Below, piece by piece: positions 12,367-26,650 of a DNA stretch of 64,000 nt. This DNA is from Camelus dromedarius (lineage: Eukaryota): NCBI RefSeq assembly GCF_036321535.1, contig NC_087467.1:18352001-18416000 (forward strand), given 5' to 3'. The position numbers and the translations under genes were made by a program. Below the pieces are notes generated by a model. It had not been told where the DNA came from and did no database searches. It saw only the letters and a list, made by a program, of their open reading frames with translations. The stretch's first letter is position 1. Every line of letters starts with the position of its first letter.

Positions 12367-13384
12367 CTTGGAGGGACAGAGAGACGGTTTAGCTCAAGGA
12401 CATTTCTTGAAGCAGAGCCACAGTCTACTGCTCTTCGTGAGCGTCTAAGGGGGTCGCGTCTTCGCGGTCTGCGGAGGTGGCCCCTGACGCAAGCACGTGG
12501 ATGGCCGGGGCTCTAAAACAGAGGACATAGGTCCCTCGTCTTTGTTCAAGACGGAATATTAGAGCACATCCAGAGGAATTTTAGAACTGGAGCAACAGGC
12601 ACAGCTATGAAAGCCAGTGTGATGTCCAGTGTCCAGCCTCCTGCCCAGGTCAGGGGCGGCTTCAACCCTGAAACTCATGTTGATGAGGGGCAGGGAAACG
12701 GCTCAGTTACCTCTCAGTCTGTGTAATTTGCTTAGAAATAGGGACGTGGGGAAGGACCGACTCATCCTGGGTCAAGACGACCGACCGTGAGTCCTGCATA
12801 ACCACATTTTTCCAGGGACAGCTTCTACCTGTAAACTAAAATGTCACTAGGCTCCTCCTAAAATGAAAGCTCCTCTCCTTGGTAAGGATTCACCTGTCTC
12901 TTGGTCTTACAGGTCACCGTTATAATTTGTTACAAAGTGTTTGGGGCAAAATGGGCTCCTGGTTCTAGAGTTCTCCAGCACAATCCTTCCCTGCACCTTT
13001 AATTTCCTTCCCCCCTAGTCCTCGTACCAAAGTGATAAAAGACACCTTGTTAACAGATTCTACTGGAGCATTTTATGTGAATATCCATGGGATCAGTGTT
13101 TCTCAAATGCCTCTGGACATCTCTGCTTGACCCCTACCGCAAGGGTGAGGTGGGGGCAGGGAGTGGAGGGTGGGTGAGAGCAGAGGACCAGTGAATTCCT
13201 TCTCAGACAAAAGGCAAGGGAAGGCGTGGGCCTGAGGTAATCTAACACACACCCCACAAAGCTTTGCTGGCTCCTGGAGCAGACAGGAAGCAGTGACATA
13301 AGAGGGTAAGTCCACTGAAGGCAGCATCAGGTGTCCGTTCCCCTGCTTCGTACTTATTTTTTTAAGATAACTTCTTGATCTAAT

Positions 13385-14110
13385 ATTTTATTTTTTTATT
13401 GTGAAAAAATATACATTACATAAAATTTACGATTGTAACCGTTTTTAAGTGTAGGGTTCAGCAGCATGAAGCACATTCACAGTGTTGTGCCACTGCCACC
13501 AGCATCCAGCGTTAGAACTTTCTCATCTTTCCCAGCTGAAACTCGGGACCCATTAAAAACTCCCCGTTCCCTCTTCCCTCCAGCCTCTGGCACTCACGGT
13601 GCCACTTGCTGTTTCTATGAATTTGACTATTTTGGGTCCCTCATGGAAGATGAATCAAGTATCTGTCCTTCCGTGACTGGCCTGTGTCACTTAGCATCAT
13701 CCATATTGTGGCAGGGGTCAGAATCCCTTCCTATTTAGGGCTGAATAATATCCCATTGCACTGTACACTACATTTTGTTTATTTTTTTCATCCATCAATA
13801 GACACTTGGGTCGGTTCTACCTTTTGTCTATTGTGAATAATTCTACTCTGAACATGGGTGTACAAATATCTCTTCAAGACCCTGCTTTCAGTTCTTCTGG
13901 GTGTATACCCAGAAGGAGCATTGTTGAATTGTATGGTAATTTTGTTTTAATTTTATGAGGAATCTTTTTTGTCTCCTTAGCAGCTGTACCATTTTCTGTT
14001 CCTACCAACAATGCATGAGGTTTCCAGTTTCTCTACATCCTCGCCAACACTCATTTTCTGAGTTTTCCGATAGTAGCCATCCTGTGGGAGTGAGGTGGTG
14101 TATCTTCTTG
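13385..14110 (-). mobile_element. L1MB-type LINE 3' end
   Basis: acataaaatttacgattgtaacc...cattcacagtgttgtgc...gggtgtatacccagaaggagcattgttgaattgtatgg are typical L1M 3'UTR/ORF2-end motifs. Confidence 0.85.
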
Positions 14111-17084
14111 ACTGGCTCATGACGATGCCATGGTAAAGTGATTTATTGGCCGGCTGGTTTTCAATTAATGTTTCACATTCAGTAGCGCACCAAATGGTGT
14201 CCATGCAGCGTTGGATAAGCCAGATTATATGTTTTTTCCTTAACTCTTCTGGAACACTCTGTTAAAGCCAATTAGTACTAATACTCTGGTCCATCAAAAA
14301 TAAAAAATGAGCAGAATATGGGTAAGTAGTTATTTTTAAGACTATAGAGACCAGAAGTCACAAAAAGGAGAGGGTACAATCATCTCAATCGGTCCATTTT
14401 TTTCCCCCCGGAGAATAAATGTCAAGGGAAAAACAGCAGCAGCACTGAACTGTGTTAATTATTAGGAAGATCAAAATTTTTTAAATGTTGCGGTTCTCGC
14501 CATGCATTTTATGAAGAGAAGCCAGCCAAAAAAAAAAAAAGCTGGCCCATCTCACTGTTTGCTGTTTTCAAGAAGTTATTTCTGCTTGAGGTATTGTATA
14601 TATGTAGTCATTTTATAAGTTCTTTAACTCTCAAACGGGCCGGAGAAAAAAATCGCATGGTGTGAAAGTCTGAAAGAATGTTCCAGACCCCTCATCCTAG
14701 CAGTGAACGGAAGAGCAATTCTGCTAACGTGGTGCTTCCAACAGCTGCCCGCTTCCTGGCTGCAGGAAGCCTTTCCCGCTTTCTCGTTCACCCGCCAAAA
14801 TGCTGCATGCCATCTGCAGCCGCGCTCTCCCTCCAGCGGCACATGTGTGGACCAGATGACTCTCCTTCAACAGTTGCCATTCTGGCTGTTCTACTAACAC
14901 AAAATCCCCGCTATGGAAACACCAGGCTCCCCTGTCCAAGGCCATGGTTGCCAGAGGCGTAGCATTTCCAGTCTTAAAGAAGGACTAGCGCCTCATTGTT
15001 CCCACCGGAGCAAACGGGCCAGAGACGGAGCCCGAGCCGCGTCCTAAACACAATGGCCTGCTGCCCTGGTGCCTCGGCCCTCATCTGCACGCAGCTGTGC
15101 CACCGGCACTCCTGACAGACGGCCCTGGCCCTGCGTCTTCTAAAGCATCCACCTTCTTCAGAAAAACTACTTGGCAGTAGATTAGTAGAAGTTTGCAGTG
15201 TAATCACCCAGAAAGAAAGAAAAGTTAAGTAAAATTTGAAATGGTTTGGGATTAACAGCGGCGCCTTTGAACTCAGGCAGCCCTGCCCAGGCTGCACGCT
15301 CTCAGTTAAGTTCCTTAAGCAAGGGCTTTCTTCCACCCAGAGCTTTCAAAGAATGTTCTGCCCTCCAAACCGTTTTATGTCTCTCATGGGCAGAGTTCCT
15401 TCTGGGTGAAGGGCGCAATCAAGTTGTTACTGTTGTTTTAAAGTTTTGATAGAGACCCAGAAGGAGGCACTGGATTAATTTCTGTGTTTTCGAAAAGAAT
15501 AGATCAGTGGCCGGTGGACAGTATAAACCTCAAAGCGAAACCCAGTGGCTTCTGTCTCCAAACCCACAATTTCCAGTCTGGAAGCTTCTTCGGTCCTTCA
15601 TGCCCTAAAGGTGAAATGTGTAATAATTACAACTTCTGAAAAGGACTGGCCAGGATTCTGGCCTAAGGTGTAGAAAATCATGAAACCGAAAACTGGACCA
15701 ACCAGCACGGGCCACAACACCTCGTCTGCTCCGAAGGCAAGTGGAAGGTCCCTTGGGAGCACTTGCCCCTGCTGTGGCTCTGTGCTCTTCCCGTGAAATA
15801 AGTTTATATTTCCAACGAGAGGGTTTTCTGCCCCCGTCCCACCACTTTTCTGTACATAGATGGTAAATCATGGAGGCCCTTTCTCGTCTCCCCAACCCCT
15901 GGCTGGTGGGGCTGTATTTGAACAAAATAAATTGCAAACAAAAACTAAGCACAGTGTGTAACTTTAGAAGGCACGTGCTTCGTTCCTGCGGGTTCAAATG
16001 AGACTCGAGTCACAGACTCCTCTCAGAAAGGCTCATGCAAGTCACACCCCTGACAGAGTCACCCGGCCCCTGGTTCTCATCCTCATCGCTCCCCTCCACC
16101 AGTGGCTGCTCTCCAGGGCTAACTCTAGTTGCACAGAGAGAAATGCTAGTCCTGTGTTGTCCTTTCCTTCTTGGGACGTTTTTCACTAAGCCTGCTGTCA
16201 AGGCTGAGTATGTGTGGAGTTTGAAAACGCCCTTCTTCAAAAGTGCACCGTATTGTTTTTTAATTAAATGGCACCTTTAACTGATGTTCAAAACCCAAGA
16301 TGCCTCATTGTATTAAATAAAAAATAGATTAAAAAAAAAAAGGTGAGGGGGTGAGGAGATTGAGATTCACAATTGAAACTTCTAACAAAGAGGTTCATTC
16401 ACTCTTTCTTGTCGAATCAGCTTCCTGGTTGGAGCAGAGCATGGAGGAGCCGATTCGTGATGCAACCCCTCTTCACCAGCTCAGCAGGACGGAACTCGCC
16501 TGTGCCCCACGTGGATGCCCTTAGCACTGTCCTATCGACAGATTTTAAAACTACCTCAACACAAGCACCCGCAGGTTGATTGAAATCCTCCATGTTCATC
16601 ATTCTTTTGCCTGAAGCTGTGTTCAGGCAAAGGAAAACAAAGAGGTTTTCTACAAAAAGACTCTCTCTACTCCAAATGATTGTAATGCATTTGTCAAATA
16701 AGAGAAGCGGGGCAACCTGGAGGTAATGAGAGTGGGCTTGGTACCACCTGGCCGCTTCCGTGAGGGCCCAGCATGGTGCAACACTCCTTCCAGCATCAGC
16801 CGGGCAGGTGCTGGTACCCGTGATGGGCTGTCACTATAGGAACCTTGGTTGGGAGCCTCAACAGAACACCCTTGAGCCTACTGTGCCCCAGATGGAACTG
16901 CTTTCCCTCAGCAACCAGAACATGAGGTCACTCCTTGGCTACGGAGCCCAGGTAACAAACAAAGGCCCAGGAAATCTCAGTTACAAGTCTTTCTTACTAT
17001 GTTTTGGTTTAGGGTCAAGTGGAGGCCTCAGGCTTGTGAGTCAGGTGTCATTTTTCTTTCTGCAAACTGAATTCTCTTGAAAAG

Positions 17085-17230
17085 CACGTAAGAAAGAAGA
17101 AAGAAAGGGAGGGAGGGAGAGAAAACAAAGACAAAAGGAAGAAAGGGAAAAGAGAGAAGGAGAGAGGGAGGGGAGGCGGGGAGAGAGAAAGTGAAGGAAA
17201 GAAAGAGAAGAAAGAGGGAGAGAAAGGAAA
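17085..17230. repeat. GA-rich purine low-complexity tract
   Basis: aagaaagaagaaagaaagggagggagggagagaaaac... is almost free of pyrimidines on the plus strand. Confidence 0.9.
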
Positions 17231-19010
17231 ATGTATGAGGCATATCAGGAATGATGCCAAGTTCTGGGCTTTTGAAATTTGAAATGCATGAATGCCCCAC
17301 CTTTAAAACTCTGGCGTACTGGAAGGAACTATGTGGCTAGGTCATGGTATTGTTAACTTGGCAAAGAAAAGAGATTGTTTGCCAAACGTACTGTTGAGGG
17401 TGGGTGCTAGGCCATGTACTACTCCCAGGGAGCTGTGAGGAGTGGGGACTGATCCAAAATTCCTGGGTTGGCAAAGGACGGATGCTTTTGACTGCCCAAG
17501 GTCTTGCCAAGTCTGTGGTCCCTGAACTGGCTGTCAGAAGATGCTGTCTCGATTTTGGCTTTTTGTTTTCACATCCTGTTTAGTTGAAAAGGCACAAATC
17601 ACTACAAGCCCAAATGTTTACATATTTAAGTCACTCACGATCAAAGGGGACCTTTTGCAGCAGCTGACATTGTGCTAAAAGAGAAAACAATGCCCCTCCC
17701 ACAGTCCGTGCTGCCCAGGGATGGGGCCGTGAGCTTTCTGTGCGAAGCAAGGGAGGCTTTTAAAACGCAGAATTTTGTGGAAATAGAAGGAATTTTGGTG
17801 AAAAAAGATTAATTAGGCACTTGTCTCTCTTAATGGATTGCTGGTGCTTCAACACCTGCGACTCAGTCTGCGTGTCCACAGACCCACTGGAATGGTGGCT
17901 GCCACTCACAAGCATATTTTGATGCCACCATTTCCCCCACTTGGCATTAAGAGCGTCCTGGAGGTCTGATATTGTTGTGTAACATAGTAGAACCATCTCC
18001 TTCTCTCCTGGCCGGGGATAAGAAAGGCCAGAGGCTATTATGCGAATCACCAGAATATCCGTCTGCTGAAGACTGATTAAAGAAATAGAGACGAAAAGAT
18101 CTTGGCTTTCCCTTTGTGAACACACACCTCCAAATACACAGATCTGGCTCTAGACATTCACTGTTATCCAACTTCACCTGTTTGACAAAGGACGGGGTGG
18201 GGGTGGGGAAGCTGATGAGGAAGGAAAAGGCCAAAAAGGGACTTTCTACCCATTTACTCTAGGACAAGTTTTCTCCTCTAATTCCTTGGACGCTGAAGGT
18301 AAACTGTCCTAGCAGGAACAGTGACTCTCACTGGTACCGTCTCTGAATAAAGGTGCCAGCCAGTGAAGAAGTAGTTACTTAAGAAGAAGACACAGATGGA
18401 AATGTGAAAAACACACACACCGGGAAAATATCATTCTGGAGTTTTCTTGCCAGAAAACTGCTGTCAAACCAGTACCTTCTCTCTCTTATAACCACTAAAG
18501 ACATATTGATTTGTCAATTTGACAATGTTAATAAATAACAGAAAAGGAGACAGTTTCAAAGCTTCCAGCTCTCCTTAATGCTTGCATTTGTGAAGACCAA
18601 AGACGATCGCTTTATAAATTGTTCCAAAATACAGCATGAATATCTACCTTTATGAAAGGCGGCTGAGTCGGGATGGGGACAGGAGGCCAGAACCTGTGTC
18701 CCACACACTTACCCACACTTATCTCTTGTTTCTGAACCCGAGATTATGACGGCAATATCGCAACCTGGAAAATATGGCGACAAGCAGAAAGGCAGGACCC
18801 AGGAGACTGGGACTACCCTTCAACTAAATGTTTCTGTCTACGCGTAATGCTACCTTAAAATTGAGGGAAGAGCTGGAATGTTGAATCAGAAAAACGTATA
18901 CGTAGAAGAGGTTATTGGTGTTAATTATACCCAGCTCTCAAATTAAAAAAGTTTTTTTTTGGTGGGGGAGGTAATTAAAAGACTGATACAATTAATAATC
19001 CTCTAGCCAG

Positions 19011-19480
19011 AAAAAAAAAAAAAAAAAAAAAAAAGAGGAGACATATTACCAATATCCAAAATTAGAGAGGGGACATCACTACAGAGTCTATAGATATTAA
19101 AATGATATCAAAGGAATATTATGAATAACTTTTTACCAATAAATTGGATAACATGAAATAGACAAATTCCTTGAAAGACACAAAGCACCAAGGCTCAAGC
19201 AGGAAAAAAAATCAATGACCTGAATAGCCCTGAGTCTATTACAGACATTGAATTTGTCGTTTAAAACTTTCCCACAAAGTCAACTCCAGATCCAGTTTCA
19301 CTAGTTAATTCAATTAAATATTTAATGAAAAGAATTCTGCCAATTCTACACAAACACTTTCAGAAAATTAAAGAGGGAAAAAATACCTCCCAACTCCTGT
19401 GAGGCTAGCATTACTCTGAGACCAAAGACAACGGAGACGTTATAAGAAAGCTGCACAGTAGCCCTGTGAATATAGATACA
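19011..19480 (+). mobile_element. Poly-A run followed by an L1 ORF2 fragment
   Basis: About 24 A, then gagaggggacatcactacagag...aaatagacaaattccttgaaagacac...tactctgagaccaaag, resembling the pre-RT region of ORF2. Confidence 0.8.
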
Positions 19481-21895
19481 AAAGTATGAACTAAGCCTTG
19501 ATCTTGGACTTCTCAGCCTCTAGGACTAAATTTTGCTTTTGCTTTGTTTTCTTCTCTTATTCTCTTCGTCCTTCACAGTTTTTCTCAAAACAAACAAACA
19601 AAAAAGTCCTTTGACTGCCACTTAGTTTCAGACGGTCTCAAATACAGATGTGTGTATTTTTCACCACCTTTAATCAAAAGCCAATGATGTGGATACTCAA
19701 CAGGGGAAGAAAGGGGAAGCCAGTTATGGTCCACCCATATTCTTGAACACTGAGTAAGCATTAAAAGAAGTATTTGCCATGAGTTTTTAATAATGAGAAA
19801 GTTTTTGTTGTAACACTAGTTGATTTTTTAAATATTACTGTAGGTTATACACAGGATGATTTCAACAACTTTCAAGACATTCATGGAAAAAACATGGGTA
19901 AAAATATACCCCTTTATTAGTGCATGATTAATGGAAGGGATTATGGCAAATTTTATCTTCTTTCTGTAATTTATAAATTTCATTATGTATAAATACTATC
20001 TTACTTTTTAATTGTTAATTAGATTATTTAATAATACACAATTATTATAGGAAACTTAGAAAACAGTAAGTTATCTCTCTTACCTATCTATACACGCATA
20101 TAATCATGGTTTTTTCAATTGCTCCGAAATCCATCAGAGAGTTATCAGTTGCCAACATGCTGCTGCTGTATCTTGTCCTCCAAGTAAATCTGCGTGCTAT
20201 TTTTATAATGAAAAGAAGAATGTTCTTCCTCTTTGTGTCCACTGTTAAGAGTCTCAGAGTCACTAGTGGGCTAAGGTAAGAAAGTCTAGGTTGAACTACT
20301 GCTGAAATACAATTGTTCCTTGGGAAGAAAGGGAGGATCCCTTAGCTACCTCGCCTTAGCCAGTAGAAAGGGTTGGTTTACTAGATTTGCTATTTCTCAG
20401 CTTCAAAGGCAAGAAGACCTCATGCAAATTCCCGGGGAGCCGCCAAAAGGATGGGCGAGACTGGGGCAGGGAGCTCGAGGCCCTGGGGTGGGGCAGCAGC
20501 TGAGGCGAGCGTTCCTGGGGGAGGAGCCGGCAAGACTGGCCCGCTTCACTTAGGATCTGTCCTGCATAGCAGCAAAAATGTGCCACACGGAGCCTATCGA
20601 AGGATCCCACGAGGCAAGCTGGGAAACAGGAACTGGGGACAGAGAACTAATGTTTGATGGAGAGGAGGGGTGTCTTCATTGGCGTAAGAAAGCAACCTTG
20701 CTTCAAAACCATATGTATTCGTTGTCCCTGGCTTGATGCTGCTGTGGCATTTAAACTAGTGACCTTCAGACAGCATTCCTCTGTGCACAGTCCGCACCAG
20801 GAGGCAGCTCTGGAGAAGGGACCTGCCACATCCACCACCGATGGCTTTTTCAGGATGTGACAGCTGCTTGCAGGAAGACTGGTACCCCTCCATTCCCATT
20901 CCTTTTCTTGGAGTTGATGGGTTATCCAGGGCATTTTAGTTTTTTATTAACGAGCTATTAACTTTTCCTTTTGTTTGGAGAGGGAACACAGAAGAGCACC
21001 CTGAATTTACCAGTCTCCCTCTTAATACACGAACCCGCCAGATGGACTTTGCTATGTTAGATCTGGTTCCTAAACTGTGATGGTTCCAGAAGGTGACAAT
21101 GAATCCCTTGGCCTCTTATAAAGTCTTTTCATCTTCCTCTCTCTGCTCTGTCTCTTGCTTTCTCTGGCTCTGTTTACTTTCTTTTTCTCACTTTTTGTTA
21201 GATTAATGTTGTTTATCAGTCTGTTTATTTGGGGAAGGAAGAGATGGATGGTAACGGCCATTCAATGTGAAAACAGCAATCTTGTCTTTATCGCTAGAAA
21301 ATTAAAAAAAAAAAATCCTCCAGCTGTCCTTAGGAAGTCTTGTCTGCCCAATTTTATGTTTTAAGATCCTATCTAAATGAATAGCACCAGCAAAATTATA
21401 AAAATAATTATAATTAGAGACAGAAGATACAAGCAATCTTGGCCTGACAGTGGATCTCTTTTGGAAAGGTTGAAAACAATCCTTAACATCAATTTTAGTT
21501 GCTTGTTTACTTTATAGCGGTTAGCTACAAAGTGATCTTTGAAGATGGGTATGTTTTGGAAGGTTAATCACCAAAATTGGGTCTGCCAGCCTTTTGCGGG
21601 GATGAATTTAAAATAAATTACTCAGTTTACTAAAGAACTAAGCATCCTACAAACTTCAGTAATTTATTAAATGTTCAACTTTTTAACAACAGGATAAAAG
21701 TAGCTCATTTGAAGTGTGGGGGTTGCTCTTAGGTATGTCCAAATAATGTAATATTTACCATTCCTGTAGATAGACCTGTGTCAGGGTTATTACTTTGGTA
21801 TATAGAGTAGTTGACTGCAGGGGAAACATTTGAAGTAAATTTGAAAAAATTAAGATGGTATTATCTTATTTTTTTTAAAAGATAACATTCTCTTT

Positions 21896-22013
21896 GGGGG
21901 GGGGGTAATTAGGTGTATTTATTTATTATTATTTTTAATGGAGGGACTGGGGATTGAACCCAGGACCTCATGCATGCTAGGCATGCACTCTACCACTGAG
22001 CTATATCCTCCCC
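21896..22013 (-). mobile_element. Vic-1-like tRNA SINE
   Basis: ggggattgaacccaggacctcatgcatgctaggcatgcactctaccactgagctata, flanked by the short duplication attctctt. Confidence 0.9.
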
Positions 22014-22149
22014 TCAATATTCTCTTATTGCTTTCTTGGGACATCAATATTTAGAGAGATTCTATTTAGGTACCTAATAGAATAGGAAACACTTATATAG
22101 TGCTCCTATGTGTCAAGTATTACTAAAAGTTTTATTAATTAAACAAGGG

Positions 22150-25100
22150 TTTATTTACTCCTCTCTCCCTCCAAACACTTTTTTACTGTCTCTATAGTTC
22201 TGCCTTTTCCAGAATGTTGTATAGTTGGAATCATACAGTCTGTAGCCCTTTTAGAACGGCTTCTTTNNNNNNNNNNNNNNNNNNNNNNNNNNNNNNNNNN
22301 NNNNNNNNNNNNNNNNNNNNNNNNNNNNNNNNNNNNNNNNNNNNNNNNNNNNNNNNNNNNNNNNNNNNNNNNNNNNNNNNNNNNNNNNNNNNNNNNNNNN
22401 NNNNNNNNNNNNNNNNNNNNNNNNNNNNNNNNNNNNNNNNGCTGCGAACATCTGTGTGCGTGTTTTTGCGTGGACTTAAGCTTTAACTCCTTTGGGTCAA
22501 CACCAAGGAGCGCAGCTTCTGGATCGTATGGTAGGAGAATGTCTAGTTTTGTAAGAAACCGCCAAACTGTCTTTGAAAGCAGCTGTACCATTTTGCATCC
22601 CCACCAAAAATAAATGACAGTTAACGATGCTCCACATTCCGGGCAGCATTTGATGCTGTCACCGTTTTAGATTTTTGCTCATTTTGTGTGAGTAGCGGTA
22701 TCTCATTGTTTCAATTGGCAGTTCCCAAATGACATATGACGTCGAGCATCTTTCCATGTATTTACTTGCCAGCTGCATCATCTTTGGTGAGGTGTATGTT
22801 AAGGTCATTTAGCCTTTTCTTAATCAGGTTGTTCATTTTTTTGTTGTTGAGTTTTAAGAGTTCTTTGTGTATTTTGCATAACAGTTCTTTATGAGATATG
22901 GCTTTGCAGGTATTTTCTTTCAATATGTGGCTTGTCTTCTCATTGTTGTGACATTGTCTTTTGCAGGAGTTTTCAGTTTTAATGAAATCCATCTTACCAA
23001 TGATTTTTTTCATGGATCATGCCTTTGGCATTATATCTAAAAAGTCATCTCTATACCCAAGGTTACCTAGATTCTTCTTTGTTACCTTCAAGGAGTGTTA
23101 TAGTTTTGTTTTTTACACTTAGGTCTGTGATCCATTTTGAGTTAATTTTTGTGAAGGGTATACAGTCTGTGTAGGTGCATATTTTGCATGTGAATGTCCA
23201 AGTGTTTCAACACCATTTGCTGGAAAGACCATCTTTTCTTCATTGTATTGTCTTTGCTCCTTTGTCCAAGATCAGTGGACTATTTTATGGGGTCTATTTC
23301 TGGGCTGTCTGTTTTGTTCCATTGATCTATTTGTTTAGTCTTTCACCAGCACCGCGTTGTTTTAATCGCCGTAGCATTATAGGAAGTGTAGACGTTGGGA
23401 GTGTTAGTCTGACTTTTCTTCTTCTTCAAAATTGTGTTAGCTATGCTGAGTCTTTTCTATCATCATGTAAACTTTAGAATCAATTTGTTAATATTCAAAA
23501 AATAACTTTCTGGGGTTTTGATTGGGATTACATTGAATCTATAAACCAAGTTAGCATTTGCTGTTTTCAGTTTCACTGATCTCTGCTCTAATTTTTATTG
23601 TTTCTTTTCTTCTGCTTACTTTGGATTTAATCGCTTTTCTTTTTTCTAGTTTGGTAAGGTGGAAACCTAGGTAATTGACTTTAGATCTTTCTTCCTTTCT
23701 AATATGTGTATTCAATACTATAAATTCCCCTCTAAGTACTATTTTTGCTGCATTCCACAGGTTTTGAGAAGTTCTATATTCATTCAGTTTAAAGTATTTT
23801 AGACTTTTTATGGAGAGATCATCTTTGTCATTTGGAAATGTGTTGTTTAACCTCCAAGTATTTTGGGGGAATTTCCAGCCATCTTTCTGTTATTGATTTC
23901 CAGTTTAATTCCAGTGTGGTCTGAGAGTAGACATTGTATAATTTTTATTCTTTAAAATTTATCAAGGTATGTTTCATAGCCCAGAATATGGTCAATTTTG
24001 GTGAACATTCCATGTGAATTTAAGAAGAAAGTGTCATCTGCTGTTGTTAGATGAAGTAGCTGAGAGATGCTGATTATACCCAGCGGACTGATGGTGCTGT
24101 TGAGTTCATTTATGTCTTTACTGATTTTTGGCTTTCTGGATCTGTCCATTTTTGACAGAGGGGGGTTGAACTCTTCCACCATTGTAGTGGCTTCATCTAT
24201 TTTTCCTTGGAATTCTATCAGTTTTTGCCTCATGTATTTTGATACTCTTGTTAGGCACATAAACATTAAGGATTGCTATGTCTTTCTGGAGAACTGGCCC
24301 ATTTATCATTATGTAATAGTGCTCTTTATCTCTGATAACTTTCCTTACTCTGAAATGTGCTCTGTCTGAAATTAACATAGCCATTCCTGCTTTCTTTTGA
24401 TTAGTGTTATATGCTGTTATCTTTCTCCATTCCCTTACTTTTAATCTGTATGTGTCTTTATATTTAACATGGGTTTCTCGTAAAAACATATAGTTGGGTA
24501 ATGTTCTTTATCTGCTCTGACAACCTCTGTCTTCTAACTGGGGTATTTAGACCATTGACTTTTACCATGATTATTGATATAGTTGGATTAGCATCTCCCA
24601 TATTTGCTGCTGTTTTCTATTTGTTGCCCATATCCTTTGTTCCTACTTTTGTCTCCCACACATTACCCTCTTCTCTTGGCCTATGAGTTATACTTCCTTT
24701 TTAAAATCTTTTTAGTGGTTGCCCTGGAGTTCACACTATTCATGTTACAACTAATCCAAGTTCATTTTCAAATAAAGCTATACCACTTCAGGAGTGGTAC
24801 AAATACCTTATAATAATTGAATAGCCCTAATTCTTACCTCTCATCTTTTGTATTATTGCTGTTTCTCAATTCACTTATACTCAAACGTTTAATATATTCA
24901 TGTATATTGTTCCCATTATTATTTCAAATGTTAGATCCATTGAGAATAAGATAAATAAATGTTTTGATTTTATCTTCACTTATTCTTTCTCTGATGCTCT
25001 TTTTTCATGTTGATCCGAGTTTCTGACCAATATCGCTTTCCTTCTCTTTGAAGAACTTCTTTTAACATTTCTCACAAGTTGGGTCTACTGGCTACAAATC

Positions 25101-26650
25101 CCCTCAGTTTTTGTTTGTCTGAGGAAGTATTTTTCCCTTCTCTTTTGAAGGATAATTTCACAGAGGATAGTATTCTAGGTTGGTGTTTGTTTGTTTTTCT
25201 CTCTCAAATACTAAACATTTCACTCTATTCTTACTTGCCTGGTTCCTGAGAAAAAGTCACATGTAATTCTTATGTTTGCCCTTCAATAGGAAAGCTGTCT
25301 CTCCTTTCAAGATTTTTCTTTGGTTTTCTTTGACTATGACATGCCTAGTGTATTCCATTGGGCATTTATCCTGCTCGGTCTTCTATGAGCTTCCTGGATC
25401 TGTGGTTTGGTGTCTGACATTAATCTGGGGGCAATTCTCAGTCACTGTATCTTCAAATATTGCTTTTGTTCCTTTCTCTTTCTTTTCCTCCTGCTACTCT
25501 CATTGTACATATGTTATGCCTTCTATAATTGTCCTACAGGTTTTGGATATTCTGTTCTTTTTTTTCCAGGTTTTTTTTTTCTTAGCTTCCAGGTGTGGAA
25601 GTTCTATTGTTATATTCTTAAGCTCAGAGATTCCTTCCTCGGCCATGGCTCATCTGCTAATGAGCCCCTCAAATACATTCTTCATTTCTGGTACTGTTTT
25701 AGATCCCTAGCATTTTCTCCTTTATTCTTTTTTAGAATTTCCATCTCTCTGCTTACGTTATTCATCTATTTTTGTATGCTTTCTATGTTTTCCATTAAGG
25801 TCCTTAACATTTTAATCATAGTTTAAAAAATTCCCGATCTGGTACTGCCAGCATTCTTGTCATAGATGACTCTGGGTCGGATGCTTGTTCCATGTCTTCG
25901 AGCTGTGTTTTTACCTTTCAGAGTGCCTCATGAGTTATTGCCGAAAGATGGACATGATGTCTGGGTAAAGGGGACTGTGGTGAGTAGGGGTTTAGTACAT
26001 GTGGTGGTGAGGTGGTGGGGAGGGAAGCATTCTGTGGTCCCTGATTAGGTCTCAGTCTTTCAGTGAGTCTGTGCCTTTGGACTGTGAACTTCAAGTGTTT
26101 CTCAGTTTCTCCCCGTGTGGGACAGAAGAGCTAAAGGGGCCTGGGATTGGGTATTTCCCTTCTGTCTGGTAGGCTAGGCTCTGATTAAAAACCCAGCAGA
26201 TGAAGCTCTGGTAGGCAGACTGTGTTAAGAATAGGATGCTCTGGCATATTTCAGAATAGTTCCTTCCCCTCTCTCTCTGCCAGAAATACAGGGGAATTTT
26301 TCTCTGATATTCCCTGTGAGGACCTGGTAGAGCTTCTGCAGGGAAAACTCATGGAAGTGTGGAGACTCCCTTTAACTGGGCCCCCCTAAAAATTACAGCT
26401 CGTCCTCACTGAGTGGCCAGCTCAGTTTTTCAACCCTGGTGCTGGGTCCCTTGGGGGTTTCTCTTGGGGGTGTCTGCTCCAGGAAGTTGTGGTTCTCTGT
26501 GTCTGCCTGTCTATCCAGTATGGGGGGCAGTGATTTGCCCTGTGACCTCACTTCTCTGACTGACGTAGGAAAAGTTGCTGATTTTTCGGTTTGAACAGCT
26601 TTTTACTTGTTGTTAAAGACAGAGGAGTGACTTCTAAGCTCCCTACCTGC
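22150..26650 (-). mobile_element. Decayed, internally deleted old L1 (L1MC/MD-like) with 3'UTR, ORF2 C-terminal piece, endonuclease region, ORF1 and 5' region
   Basis: ORF 24193-24489 (LRETH...RLKVREWRKI...KKAGMAMLISD) and ORF 23952-24266 (EFNPPLSKMDRS.KPKI.KDINELN) resemble the L1 endonuclease. ORF 22762-23013 (KMDFIKTENSCK) resembles the ORF2 C-terminal region. Many stops and frameshifts; contains gap 22267-22440. Confidence 0.9.
22267..22440. other. N gap (174 nt) inside the L1
   Basis: Seen directly. Confidence 0.99.
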
